Shown piece by piece: positions 20,849 through 29,933 of a stretch of 40,857 nucleotides of DNA. This DNA is from an uncultured Acetobacteraceae bacterium. GTDB lineage: Bacteria > Pseudomonadota > Alphaproteobacteria > Acetobacterales > Acetobacteraceae. Numbering within the stretch: the first letter of the stretch is position 1; the number at the start of each line of letters is the position of its first letter. The notes beneath the pieces are model-generated. The model was given only the letters and a program-made list of their open reading frames with translations. It was not told the origin of the DNA and searched no databases. The stretch is from positions 1 to 40,857 of the forward strand of contig CAXTDP010000001.1 of NCBI GenBank assembly GCA_964242295.1. The letters run 5' to 3'. Position numbers and translations under genes: made by a program.

Positions 20849-21844
20849 TCAGGCCGCCCGCAAATGCGCGCGGGCCAGCGACGCGGCGGGAACGGGCTGG
20901 TCCGGCACCGTGCCACGTTGGATGCAGGCAAGGGACCTGCCGTTGCCGGTGCTCTGGGTGTCAAAAGCCTCATGCTTTGCCGGGCCGGCGACGTGGACCG
21001 CGCCGGCCAATTCATAGGATATGCAAGGCTTGCCGAAAGCTCCCGATTCATCGTTGCACATCGGCACACCCCCTTGTCGCGGATTCAGTTGCAGCCAGGA
21101 GCCAACAATGCCCTCGTGTCCATGGCCGGCCTACCCAGGAAATTTCGGTAGATCGCGTCGTCGGGCGCGAACTGGTCATGCGGCACCAAGGCTCCGGTCT
21201 CGATTGCCATGCTGGACGCGAGCGCGCCGGAACCACAATGTTCCGGACCCGCAGTATCTTGCGATCAAATGTCGAGGTCAATTCGGACATGGGCCCTCAT
21301 AGCCCTGGGAATGACGCTGCAGGAACGGCCGCAGTGCCGAGCCGTGCCCGCCGGCCTGAACGCCCAGGTTGGGACACGGTGCGGTGGCCGTCACGCGACG
21401 TTGCGCGAGCCAAGGTTGGCTCGCGGGATCAAACCCCAGGTCGGAGAACGCCAATTCTGCCTGCCCGCGGCTTAGCACCGCCCCGGCAGGCCGCTCATGC
21501 CGTGCAAGAACGCCATGAAGCGGGAGCCGGAGGCGCTGACGGCGAGTATGCGAGGGCACGGCGAGGATCATGGCCGACCCGTCAACCGGCTCCACCCGAG
21601 CTTGCCTGCCGACGCGCGCCGGCGGTTGCGAGATGATTCTGCGCGGATACTTCGCTGCCGACGCTGCGGCAACAGCGGCGCCGGGATCAGCCGGATCATC
21701 GGCCGCCGCCGGGGCTTCGGTGTCGAGCAAGGTTTGCCAGGTAGCGGACCGGATGCAGCATTCTATGGTGGCAGCGCTGACGTGGGCCGGGATTGCGAAC
21801 ACCACCCAGGCATCGTCCCGCGTTGCTGCCGTGTTGGCTGCCAT
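20849..21844 (-). pseudogene. decayed coding region; N-terminus looks like a GT2 glycosyltransferase but the frame changes repeatedly
   Basis: It has a GGAAGG Shine-Dalgarno plus ATG 21844. VVFAIPAHVSAATIECCIRSATWQT resembles the GT2 N-terminal motif (v.IPayN....i...i.S...QT). A DD follows, and then ILAVPSH sits where DxD is expected. Downstream, the GC3-rich signal moves between frames: VSASGSRFMAFLHGMSGLPG, then AVLSRGQAELAFSDLGFDP, then MSELTSTFDRKILRV, then SSMAIETGALVPHDQFAPDDAIYRNFLG, then CISYELAGAVHVAGPAKHEAFDTQ. Stops separate these segments. Confidence 0.35.
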
Positions 21845-21871
21845 TATGCTTCGCCTTCCGGTGAAGATAGC

Positions 21872-22795
21872 TCAAAGCTCAAGAATGCGCTCCGGTTTCA
21901 GCCGGCCACTGGCGATGTCAGCCACGGCGCGGGCGTTGCCCAGCAGCCGGCCGCGCCGGTCAATCCAAGGCTCCGGGCGAACTGAATGCAGCAGGTTCGC
22001 CGCCACGTTGCGCCCAACGCTGCGGGCGGCACGTCCCAGGGTGTAGCTGCCTTTCTGGAACAAGTAGATCGGGTTTGCGACCTGCGAGTAGCCGAGACGA
22101 TGGCCCGAGGTGCGCCCCTGCTTGACTCCAAGGTGAACGCCGCGTGCCCCCCGCAGCTTGACTATGCGCCCGTGCCGGCCGAGGCGGTGGGTAAAGTCCA
22201 TGTCCTCAGACCAGGCATATAATGGAAGACGTTCGTCGAACCGGACGCCATGCGCCTGGGCGACATCGTGCCGGATCGCCATGTTGCAGCCGTAGCCGTG
22301 CGGCGCCGGCACGACCTCGCCACGCAGCGGCATAAGTCCATCAGCCGCTATCATCGCCTGGGCTTCGGCAGGGCTGAGTCCTGGACCCTTGCTGCCGTCA
22401 GCAATCAGGTCGCCTGTGGCTACTACAACGCCAGGGTCCGACTGCATGGCGCGCAACGTGGCTTCGACGTATCGCGGCGCCATCAGGAAGTCGTCGTCAA
22501 TGAAAAGGATGGAAGTGCTGGCGCCGAGCTTGTCCAAAATCGCGTTGCGTTGGATCGGCAGCCCCGGTGCCGCCATGATGAACTCAACATCGTGAGCATC
22601 CAGCCCGGCAACATCCTCCGGCGCCGCGCAACAGACCAGGACACGGCTAGGACGCACTGTCTGCATAGCCACCTGGGCGAGGGTCTCGCGAAGGATACCA
22701 GGGCGGCCTTTCGTGGCGATCCCTATGGCGATGCCGGTTGGCCCAGCCATGGGGTCGGGTTGACCAGCGCCTGGCATCGTTGCTGCCCCAAACAT
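21872..22795 (-). CDS. family-2 glycosyltransferase
   Basis: 307 aa. It has IAIGIATKGRPGILRETLAQV and ILFIDDDFLMAP (DxD). AGGA lies 12 nt before ATG 22795. Alternative in-frame ATGs are at 22777 and 22750. Confidence 0.75.
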   Translation of the reverse strand: MFGAATMPGAGQPDPMAGPTGIAIGIATKGRPGILRETLAQVAMQTVRPSRVLVCCAAPEDVAGLDAHDVEFIMAAPGLPIQRNAILDKLGASTSILFIDDDFLMAPRYVEATLRAMQSDPGVVVATGDLIADGSKGPGLSPAEAQAMIAADGLMPLRGEVVPAPHGYGCNMAIRHDVAQAHGVRFDERLPLYAWSEDMDFTHRLGRHGRIVKLRGARGVHLGVKQGRTSGHRLGYSQVANPIYLFQKGSYTLGRAARSVGRNVAANLLHSVRPEPWIDRRGRLLGNARAVADIASGRLKPERILEL

Positions 22796-23867
22796 AATAC
22801 TTGCATCCTAACAGGTTTATGTGCGGTGCAGCAATATGCCGCCGGTGTGCCCGCACGCATGTGAACGCAGCTGCCGTGTTAAGGTAGGCAGCCCATCAAC
22901 AAGACGTTACAAAGCTCGCAATGAGCAACCAGTCCGGGCATCTTCGCGCTTGCTGCAATGCACAAATTGGACTTCTCTCCGGACGCACGTTGGCCGAGCC
23001 GAACACAGCGGGACCGCTTCATGGACCAGGTTGCCTCACTCACACCAAGCGCCTGCTTGGCCCCGCAGACCATGCGTGGGCAGCCGTATTCCGGTCACAG
23101 TCTTGGCCGACACGCCGCGACCATGGTGTATCGGACACTTGCATCGCAAAGCCATACCTCGTGCATGGCGCCGGTCTACGCCACCAGTTGTCTCGGCCGT
23201 CATCTTGTTCGGTGGGCAGGACCGGGTGCGGCCTTCGAGCAGCCAGAGTTCTGAAAATGAACATTGGGATGCGGTGCCAGGCAAGGGCCAAAGTACCGAT
23301 GATGGCGGGATCATTGGTCCGGCAACGGCCTGCTCGGCTCGTTCGGCGATTGGGCCAGTTCGGCGGCGCAGCCAAGCCAGTTCGTCCGGCCGCGGAAACA
23401 GCATATTCTCCGCATTGCCATAATTCTGTTACTAACGCTGCTACCTGTTTCGCATGTTGTCTTTGCAACCATTCTGCACACTACGGCTTTGGTTCGGCTA
23501 TGGTCGCCCTCAATCTATCATTTAGACTAACAACTACAACTTGGACAATTCCCAAAGCTATTTGGCGGGCACCGGTCGGCGCAGCCCTGACACGTTCGAG
23601 ACTCGTGCATTTCAGGTTGGAGTCTGCGATTAGGCGGAGTTCAAGACGTCCGAGACAACATGCCAAAAATGTTACATAGGCGGTGACATACTTTCTGCGC
23701 CAGAATGAAGTTCGATGGGCTTCACCAACTTTCTACTTCCATGCGATACCTCTGTGCTGTAAAGACGGAGGTAAGGCTTGTTTGGGGTGGAATAACGCTG
23801 ACGCCGCGACCTTTCGTCGTTGGAGCGTAGACTTAACCATGCAACCCTCAACTATCAGGCACCCCGC

Positions 23868-25358
23868 ATGATCCGGAGACTTGACGCCATCGCAAGCGGC
23901 GGGGCAACCACGGTTGCGGCGACACTAGACGCTTATTCCGGTTCTAAGGTCAGGCGCAGGCTGGCTGCCAAGCCTGTTTGTGCTGCCGCGCTGATCGCCG
24001 CGGACATGATTGCCTTTGGGGCTGCAGCGCTTGCGGCTTGGCTCATCGCCACTTCCGGCGTGCTTGCGCCGATGGCCGGCGGAGCCTTCCCGGCTGCATC
24101 GCCGGAAGCGCTTCGTTCTGCTTTGGCCCCAGCTTTCATCCTGGGCGGGCTGCTGGCCTACTTCTTGGCGAAGGGGCACTACAGCCGCCGCTTGCCGTTT
24201 TGGTGGGAGCTGCAGCAAGTTCTGAGCGGAAGCATCTTCGCGCTGCTCTGCAGCAGCTTCGTGGAGTTCACCTTCAAGACCGACGTTTCCCGAGTGGTTG
24301 TATTCTGCATCTGGGTGCTGTTCCCTCTTGCGCTGGTGGCGGTGCGCCATGTCGCGCGGCGTCTGCTGAGTGAGGCGAACCTGTGGCAGATACGCACAGT
24401 CATCGTTGGACAGGGTGCGGCCGCCGACCGCGCGGCGGAGGCGCTGGCGTCCGAGCATGACCTTGGCTACGCCGTAATCGGCATCATCAGCCCTTCCGTG
24501 GTTGCAGGATTGTCCACCGTGAAGCCTTGGACCAGGCTCGTGCAGCAGTTCCGCGCCGACTTGGTCGTCATCGCTCCCGAGGCCGATGAGACCCTCGACC
24601 GTGGCCGCAACGAGTCGCTGGTGCGGGAGCGCGTGCCGTTTGCAGTGATGCCCCATGCGGAAGGGCTGCCGGTGTCCGGTTGCATGCAGACCTACTTTTT
24701 TAGGCATGACCTGGTTATGCTGTCTTATCGCAACAACCTGTCGCAGCCGCTCGCGCGGACGGTCAAGCTGGTGCTGGATGCCGTTGGCGCGGCGGTCATA
24801 CTTTTGGCGATCTTGCCCGTTCTGCTGGCAGTAGCCTTGATGGTGAAGCTGGACGGCGGGCCGGTGTTCTTCGCGCATCCGCGGATCGGGGCCGGGGGAC
24901 GCCGGTTCCATTGCTTGAAGTTTCGCTCAATGCGGGTGGACAGCACCGAAGTGCTGGATCGCCTGCTGGCCACCAACCCGGCAGCGGCCGTCGAGTGGGC
25001 TGCGACGCAGAAGCTGCGGAACGATCCAAGGGTGACCAAGATCGGCGCATGGCTGCGGAAGACCAGCCTGGACGAGTTGCCGCAGCTACTCAACGTGCTG
25101 CGGCTGGAGATGAGCCTGGTCGGTCCTCGCCCCATCGTGGAGGCGGAGTTGGCTCATTACGGCGAGAACATCACCTACTATTACGAAACCCGGCCTGGCC
25201 TGACTGGGCTTTGGCAGGTCAGCGGGCGCAGCGACACGACCTATCAGCAGCGGGTTCAGCTTGACACCTGGTATGTCAAGAACTGGACGCTGTGGCACGA
25301 CATCGCGATCCTGGCAAAGACGGTGCCAGCGGTCCTCGACCGGACGGGGGCCCTCTGA
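23868..25358 (+). CDS. EPS priming enzyme: polyprenyl-phosphate glycosyl-phosphotransferase (bacterial sugar transferase family)
   Basis: It has N-terminal TM helices and a central Rossmann-like linker. The C-terminal catalytic domain is FAHPRIGAGGRRFHCLKFRSM...DELPQLLNVLRLEMSLVGPRP...RPGLTGLWQVSGRSD. ATG 23868 is preferred over the TTG at 23820. Confidence 0.9.
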   Translation: MIRRLDAIASGGATTVAATLDAYSGSKVRRRLAAKPVCAAALIAADMIAFGAAALAAWLIATSGVLAPMAGGAFPAASPEALRSALAPAFILGGLLAYFLAKGHYSRRLPFWWELQQVLSGSIFALLCSSFVEFTFKTDVSRVVVFCIWVLFPLALVAVRHVARRLLSEANLWQIRTVIVGQGAAADRAAEALASEHDLGYAVIGIISPSVVAGLSTVKPWTRLVQQFRADLVVIAPEADETLDRGRNESLVRERVPFAVMPHAEGLPVSGCMQTYFFRHDLVMLSYRNNLSQPLARTVKLVLDAVGAAVILLAILPVLLAVALMVKLDGGPVFFAHPRIGAGGRRFHCLKFRSMRVDSTEVLDRLLATNPAAAVEWAATQKLRNDPRVTKIGAWLRKTSLDELPQLLNVLRLEMSLVGPRPIVEAELAHYGENITYYYETRPGLTGLWQVSGRSDTTYQQRVQLDTWYVKNWTLWHDIAILAKTVPAVLDRTGAL

Positions 25359-25396
25359 CCTTGCGGTGGCCATGGTCGTCGCCGGCGCCAACGCCG

Positions 25397-26662
25397 ATGA
25401 AGGTGGCACCGCGAGTGTCCAATGCGCGCGCGCGGGTCGAGCCAAGGTTGCTTCCCCCCGGGGAGGCATTCACGCCGACTAGGCCCAAGCCGGGCCGGCG
25501 CCAGTTGGTCGGGCGTGAGGCCGAGCTGGAGCGCATCTTGCAGGCGCTCCAGGAGGAGCAGGCGCACGTCGTGCTTTATACCGAGCGGGGCCGCGGTAAG
25601 ACCTCGTTGGCCAACTTGGTCATCGAAACGTTGAGGCAAAGCGGGGTGATCGTTGCCCGCCACACCTGCGAGGCCGGCAGCACGTTTGATGGGATCATGC
25701 GTGGCTTAGTGCGCGACGTGCCACGCTCCCTTCTTGCGACACCGGCCAATGATCCTGCCGAGGTCGGCTGCGAAGCCGCGTTCCCATCCCGTGACCTGCG
25801 TCCGCGTGATGTCGTCGCAGTCATGGACCGGCTGACCTGCCGTGCGCTGGTCTGCGTGGTGGACGAGTTCGACCGTGTCCTGGACAAGGACACCCGCACC
25901 CGGCTCGCGGACACGGTCAAGCAGGTCTCCGACCAGGGCATCCCACTGCTGTTCATGATCGTCGGGGTGTCGGAGAACCTGGAACAGATCCTGGGCCAGC
26001 ACCCGTCCATCCAGCGCAACTTGGTCGCCGTGCAGCTTCCGTTGCTGAGCGATGCCGAGGTTGCTGCGATCATTGAGACCGGGGCGCAACTCGCCGGGTT
26101 CACGGTCACTCCGCCAGTGGCGCAGAACGTCGCCATCCTGGCTCGAGGCAGCCCTTATATGGCGCAGTTCATCGGCCTTCGCCTGGTTCAGTCTGCCAGA
26201 AAGCGGGGCAACGGCGACGTATCTGAGGCCGACCTTGCCAATGCCGTCAACCGCCTGCTTGCCGAGGCGTCGCCTCATACCCTTGCCTTCTACGCCTCAC
26301 TCACATCCGGCATAACCGATGCGGAAATGGTCCGCGCCTTGCTGGTGCTCGCGACTGCCGGCCAGGATGTATGGGGACGCTTCGCCGTGCTGCCTTCGTT
26401 CCGGGACGGGGTGGCGGTGGGGCAAAACCACATTCGGGCTGAAAGCTGGGCGCGCATCGTCGACTCCGGCGTCTTGCGCGCGGTCCCGGAACGGTTTGGC
26501 CTTTATACTTTTGCGGACCGCAGCTTGATGCATCATATCATCCTGCTTGCGGCGCATGATGCCCAGCCAGGGACCGGCACGCCGGCCATGCCGTCGGGTA
26601 GCACTGGTGTCACGGGTATGACGGCGCCCGCCAACGGGCATACAATGGCAGCGGGGGCTTGA
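25397..26662 (+). CDS. P-loop (AAA/ORC-like) ATPase of the EPS operon
   Basis: Motifs are LVGREAELERILQAL, Walker A YTERGRGKTSLANL, and Walker B LVCVVDEFDRV. ATG 25397 is preferred (a TTG at 25361 is possible). The stop overlaps the next start (TGATG, 26660-26664). Confidence 0.75.
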   Translation: MKVAPRVSNARARVEPRLLPPGEAFTPTRPKPGRRQLVGREAELERILQALQEEQAHVVLYTERGRGKTSLANLVIETLRQSGVIVARHTCEAGSTFDGIMRGLVRDVPRSLLATPANDPAEVGCEAAFPSRDLRPRDVVAVMDRLTCRALVCVVDEFDRVLDKDTRTRLADTVKQVSDQGIPLLFMIVGVSENLEQILGQHPSIQRNLVAVQLPLLSDAEVAAIIETGAQLAGFTVTPPVAQNVAILARGSPYMAQFIGLRLVQSARKRGNGDVSEADLANAVNRLLAEASPHTLAFYASLTSGITDAEMVRALLVLATAGQDVWGRFAVLPSFRDGVAVGQNHIRAESWARIVDSGVLRAVPERFGLYTFADRSLMHHIILLAAHDAQPGTGTPAMPSGSTGVTGMTAPANGHTMAAGA

Positions 26663-28761
26663 TGGACATCTCGGTTGGAAATTCGAGCCTTGCACAGCCG
26701 GCGCCGGAGGGGATGCAGTTTGCGCCGATGCTGCGCATGCTGCGCCGTCGCGCATGGCTGATCGGGCTGTTTGCCTTCGTCACCGCCGCTGGCGCCTATG
26801 CTTACGCGCGAACCGTTCCGAAGTCATATACCGCGTCCAGCCTCATCGCCGTGGAGGGCGACCGGATTGCCATCCCGGAGCTGCAGGGCGCGCTTCGGAG
26901 TGACAGTGCGCCGGACCCGCTGCCCTGGGTCCGGACGGAGATGCAGGCCATAGCATCCCGCGACCTCATGCAGGTGGTCGTGGACAAGCTGGACCTGAAG
27001 TCCGTGCCGGAGTTCAACCCCAGCCTGCAGCCGCCAAGCCTGATGCAGCAGGTCAAGTATAAGATCCAGTCCTGGATGCCGCAGGAGCCGGGACTTGAGC
27101 CAGCAGGCTCACCGGGGGAGGCCGTGCTCAGCTTGACGCTTCGGTCGCTGGCAATCTTCCAGGACAACCGCAGCCTGGTGATCGAGGTTTCCTTTACGTC
27201 GCATGACCCGGCGCTGGCCGCCAAGGTCGTGAACACGTTGATCACAGAATACATTGCATCCCGGGCCAAGCGGCGTGTGATGGCCAACCAAGGGGCCAAC
27301 ACGGCCTTGACGGAGCGGATTGACCAGGTGCGGCAGGATCTCGCCGGGCTGGAGAAGGAGATGCGCGACCTCCGCACCAAGGGCGACCTGGTTGGCACGC
27401 GCGCCGGCAGCGTCGGCCAGCAGCAGGTCGAGGAGCTTGCGACCGCCGCCACCCGGGCTACGGTCGAGCGGGCGCAACTGCAAACCAACTATGAGCGGGC
27501 GGTCGCCCTTTCTAGCCAGGGGTCCTCGGATGCCCTTGCAAACGTCCTCGGGTCCGGCACGGTGTCGCGCTTGCGGGACCAAGAGGCCACTGCGACGCGC
27601 CGGCTGGCGGAACTGACGACCCGCTACGGCTCAGGCCATCCCAGCGTGCGCAGCACCCAGGCAGAGGTGGCGTCGGCGCAGCGGCAGTTGCGGGAGGAAA
27701 CGGGGCGCATCGTTGCATCGCTGGGCACCCAACTGCGCGCAGCGCGCGAGAACGAAACCAACATGCAGAAGCAGTTGGAGGATGCCCGGCGCACCGGAGT
27801 GTCCGGCGAAAACTCCCGCGCCCAATTGGACCAGTTGCAGCAGGAGATCACGACGCGGCGCACGCTGTATCAGACCTTGCTGGAGCGCGCGCAGCAGACG
27901 GTGGTGCAGCCGAGCGGCACTGAAACCCCCGATGTCCGGGTTGTGGCGATGGCGGCTCCCCCAGGCGGCCCAACTAGCCCCAACATGAAGCTTGCCGCAG
28001 GAGCCGGTGGGGTGGCGGGTGCCATGCTGGGTTGTTTGTTCGTCATTGCCCGGGCCAGTTCTGCAGGAGGCTTCTCCAAGCCGGCCGACTTTGCGGCGGC
28101 GGGCCTGCCGGTGCCGGGTGTGGTCTCACGGTCGGTGCTGGGCCGCAGCCGCCGCCGGAACCGTGCCATGCCGGTGCCCTCGGGTCGTGATGCGGAGGGG
28201 CTTCGAACCCTGCGCTTCCGCCTGGCCCGTCTTGGACAGGTCAGTGCACCGCGCAGCGCGGTTTTCGCCGGGTCACGGGACGGCGATGATGCGGTCCGCG
28301 TCGCCGTGGCAATGGCCCGATTGGCTGCGATGGATGGCGACCGTGTGCTTCTGGTGGAGGGCGACCTGCAATCTCCAAAGGCAGCCGGGCTGCTTGGGGC
28401 GGCGCATGACGGATTGGTCGAGGCATTGGAGGGCAAAAGCCGCTGGCTGGACCAGGTGTCGCACGACACCGCCACGCCGCTGCAAGTGCTGGCGGCGGCG
28501 CGGCCCTCCGGAAAGGCCCATGTCTTGCTTGGCAGTACCGCGTTTCAGAACCTGCTGGTTGAGGCGCAGGCCCAGTATGACTTGGTGGTCCTGACTGCCC
28601 CGGCGGCTGCCCAGGCCGACGCCTTGACCCTGGCGCGCTATGCCGACGCGGTGGTGCTGGTGGTTCGCACCTCGGATCCGCAGGAGCCTACCCAGGCAGC
28701 CGCATCGCGGTTGGGCGCAATGTCGCGAAATCCCCTGGCTACGGTGCTGATCGAGGGATGA
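26662..28761 (+). CDS. polysaccharide co-polymerase / chain-length determinant (GumC/Wzc-like) with a degenerate C-terminal kinase-like module
   Basis: The Wzz-type N-terminus is MLRRRAWLIGLFAFVTAAGAYAY...YTASSLIAVEG. A long coiled-coil periplasmic region follows, then a second TM (LAAGAGGVAGAMLGCLFVIA). The C-terminal P-loop-like domain has lost its Walker motifs (see findings). There is an ATGA overlap with the next gene. Confidence 0.85.
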   Translation: MDISVGNSSLAQPAPEGMQFAPMLRMLRRRAWLIGLFAFVTAAGAYAYARTVPKSYTASSLIAVEGDRIAIPELQGALRSDSAPDPLPWVRTEMQAIASRDLMQVVVDKLDLKSVPEFNPSLQPPSLMQQVKYKIQSWMPQEPGLEPAGSPGEAVLSLTLRSLAIFQDNRSLVIEVSFTSHDPALAAKVVNTLITEYIASRAKRRVMANQGANTALTERIDQVRQDLAGLEKEMRDLRTKGDLVGTRAGSVGQQQVEELATAATRATVERAQLQTNYERAVALSSQGSSDALANVLGSGTVSRLRDQEATATRRLAELTTRYGSGHPSVRSTQAEVASAQRQLREETGRIVASLGTQLRAARENETNMQKQLEDARRTGVSGENSRAQLDQLQQEITTRRTLYQTLLERAQQTVVQPSGTETPDVRVVAMAAPPGGPTSPNMKLAAGAGGVAGAMLGCLFVIARASSAGGFSKPADFAAAGLPVPGVVSRSVLGRSRRRNRAMPVPSGRDAEGLRTLRFRLARLGQVSAPRSAVFAGSRDGDDAVRVAVAMARLAAMDGDRVLLVEGDLQSPKAAGLLGAAHDGLVEALEGKSRWLDQVSHDTATPLQVLAAARPSGKAHVLLGSTAFQNLLVEAQAQYDLVVLTAPAAAQADALTLARYADAVVLVVRTSDPQEPTQAAASRLGAMSRNPLATVLIEG

Positions 28762-29930
28762 CATCTGCTCTGGCCATCTTTGGGGCCGTGCTCCTGCTGC
28801 TGGCGATACATCCCTTCATCACATACCCCTTGAGCTTGTGGGTTTTGGCCCGTTTGCGGCCACGGCCTGTGTTGGCGGCTGGACTGGCTCCGGACCGGGC
28901 GGCCTTCTGCGTTTGCGCCTACAACGAGGAGCAGGTGATACGGGCAAAGGTGGAGAACATGCTGGCCGCCGGCGAGGCGCTCGGTGGGTTGGAAGTGTTG
29001 GTCTATGTGGATGGCGAGACGGACGGAACGGCGGCTATCGTTCGGGAGTTCGGCGACCGCGTCCGCCTGGTAGCCTCGCCGGCGCGGCTGGGCAAGACGT
29101 ATGGCATGAACGCCTTAGCCGCCCTGACGACAGCCGAAATCCTAGTGTTCAGCGATGCGAATGTCTTGTTCGCGCCAGATGCGCTGCCGAAGCTGCTTGC
29201 ACCGTTTGCTGATCCGGCTGTCGGCTGCGTTTGCGGCCATCTCATCTATACTCGGCCCGAGGGCAATGCGACGGCCGCCACGGGTTCCCTCTACTGGCGG
29301 CTGGAGGAAGCGATCAAGCGGCTGGAAAGCGCGACCGGCTCGGTAATGGGGGCCGACGGTTCCATCTTCGCACTGCGCCGCGCGATACACGAGCCGCCGC
29401 CACTGGACTTGATTGACGATATGTATGTGTCGCTCGCGGCGTTATGCCGCGGCCACCGGATTGTGCGTGTGGCGGATGCTCTGGCCTATGAGGAGGCGGT
29501 GTCGCGCCCTGCGGAGGAGTTCCGCCGCAAGGTTCGCATCGCGTGTCAGGCGTTCAATGTTCACCGGGCCTTATGGCCGCGTCTTCGCCGCCTGCCCGCG
29601 CTCGATCTTTACAAGTATGTGTCGCACAAGCTCCTGCGCTGGCTTACCGCTGGTTTGCTGGTCGCAGGAGTGCTGTGCTGGGCTGGCGCCATCGCCGCTG
29701 CCGAGGCCTGGTGGCTGCTTGCTGGCACTGCCGTGGTTGGCGTCGTGGTGGGATCAGCGATGTTCACGGCCCGGAGCGGGCTTTTGGCCACTCTACGCGA
29801 CATCCTGGGGGCCTTTGTCGCAACTGGGATCGGGGTATGGCGGTCCTGGCGTGGGGACAGGTTCCAGACGTGGAATCCGCCGGCGTCCGCACGCACCATC
29901 CGTCCGGTTCTGCCCAGCACCGGGGGGTAG
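28758..29930 (+). CDS. membrane-anchored family-2 glycosyltransferase (synthase-like topology)
   Basis: 390 aa. It has an N-terminal TM, then FCVCAYNEEQVI, VYVDGETDGT, VFSDANVLFAP and GADGSIFALRR. Three to four C-terminal TM helices follow (LLRWLTAGLLVAGVLCWAGAIAAAEAWWLLAGTAVVGVVVG...). Confidence 0.8.
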   Translation: MTSALAIFGAVLLLLAIHPFITYPLSLWVLARLRPRPVLAAGLAPDRAAFCVCAYNEEQVIRAKVENMLAAGEALGGLEVLVYVDGETDGTAAIVREFGDRVRLVASPARLGKTYGMNALAALTTAEILVFSDANVLFAPDALPKLLAPFADPAVGCVCGHLIYTRPEGNATAATGSLYWRLEEAIKRLESATGSVMGADGSIFALRRAIHEPPPLDLIDDMYVSLAALCRGHRIVRVADALAYEEAVSRPAEEFRRKVRIACQAFNVHRALWPRLRRLPALDLYKYVSHKLLRWLTAGLLVAGVLCWAGAIAAAEAWWLLAGTAVVGVVVGSAMFTARSGLLATLRDILGAFVATGIGVWRSWRGDRFQTWNPPASARTIRPVLPSTGG

Positions 29931-29933
29931 GCT

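Noticed and set aside
20131-21636. 501-aa plus-strand ORF
   Set aside because: It is antisense to the lytic transglycosylase and the decayed GT2-like region. Its composition is Arg/Gly/Pro-dominated and no domain signature was seen.
22921-23679. 252-aa plus-strand ORF, and minus-strand ORFs 23036..23404 and 23040..23468, in the long intergenic region
   Set aside because: Third-position composition is mixed, the amino-acid composition is odd (Cys/His/Arg/Trp), and no family motif was seen. They are treated as non-coding or as decayed remnants.
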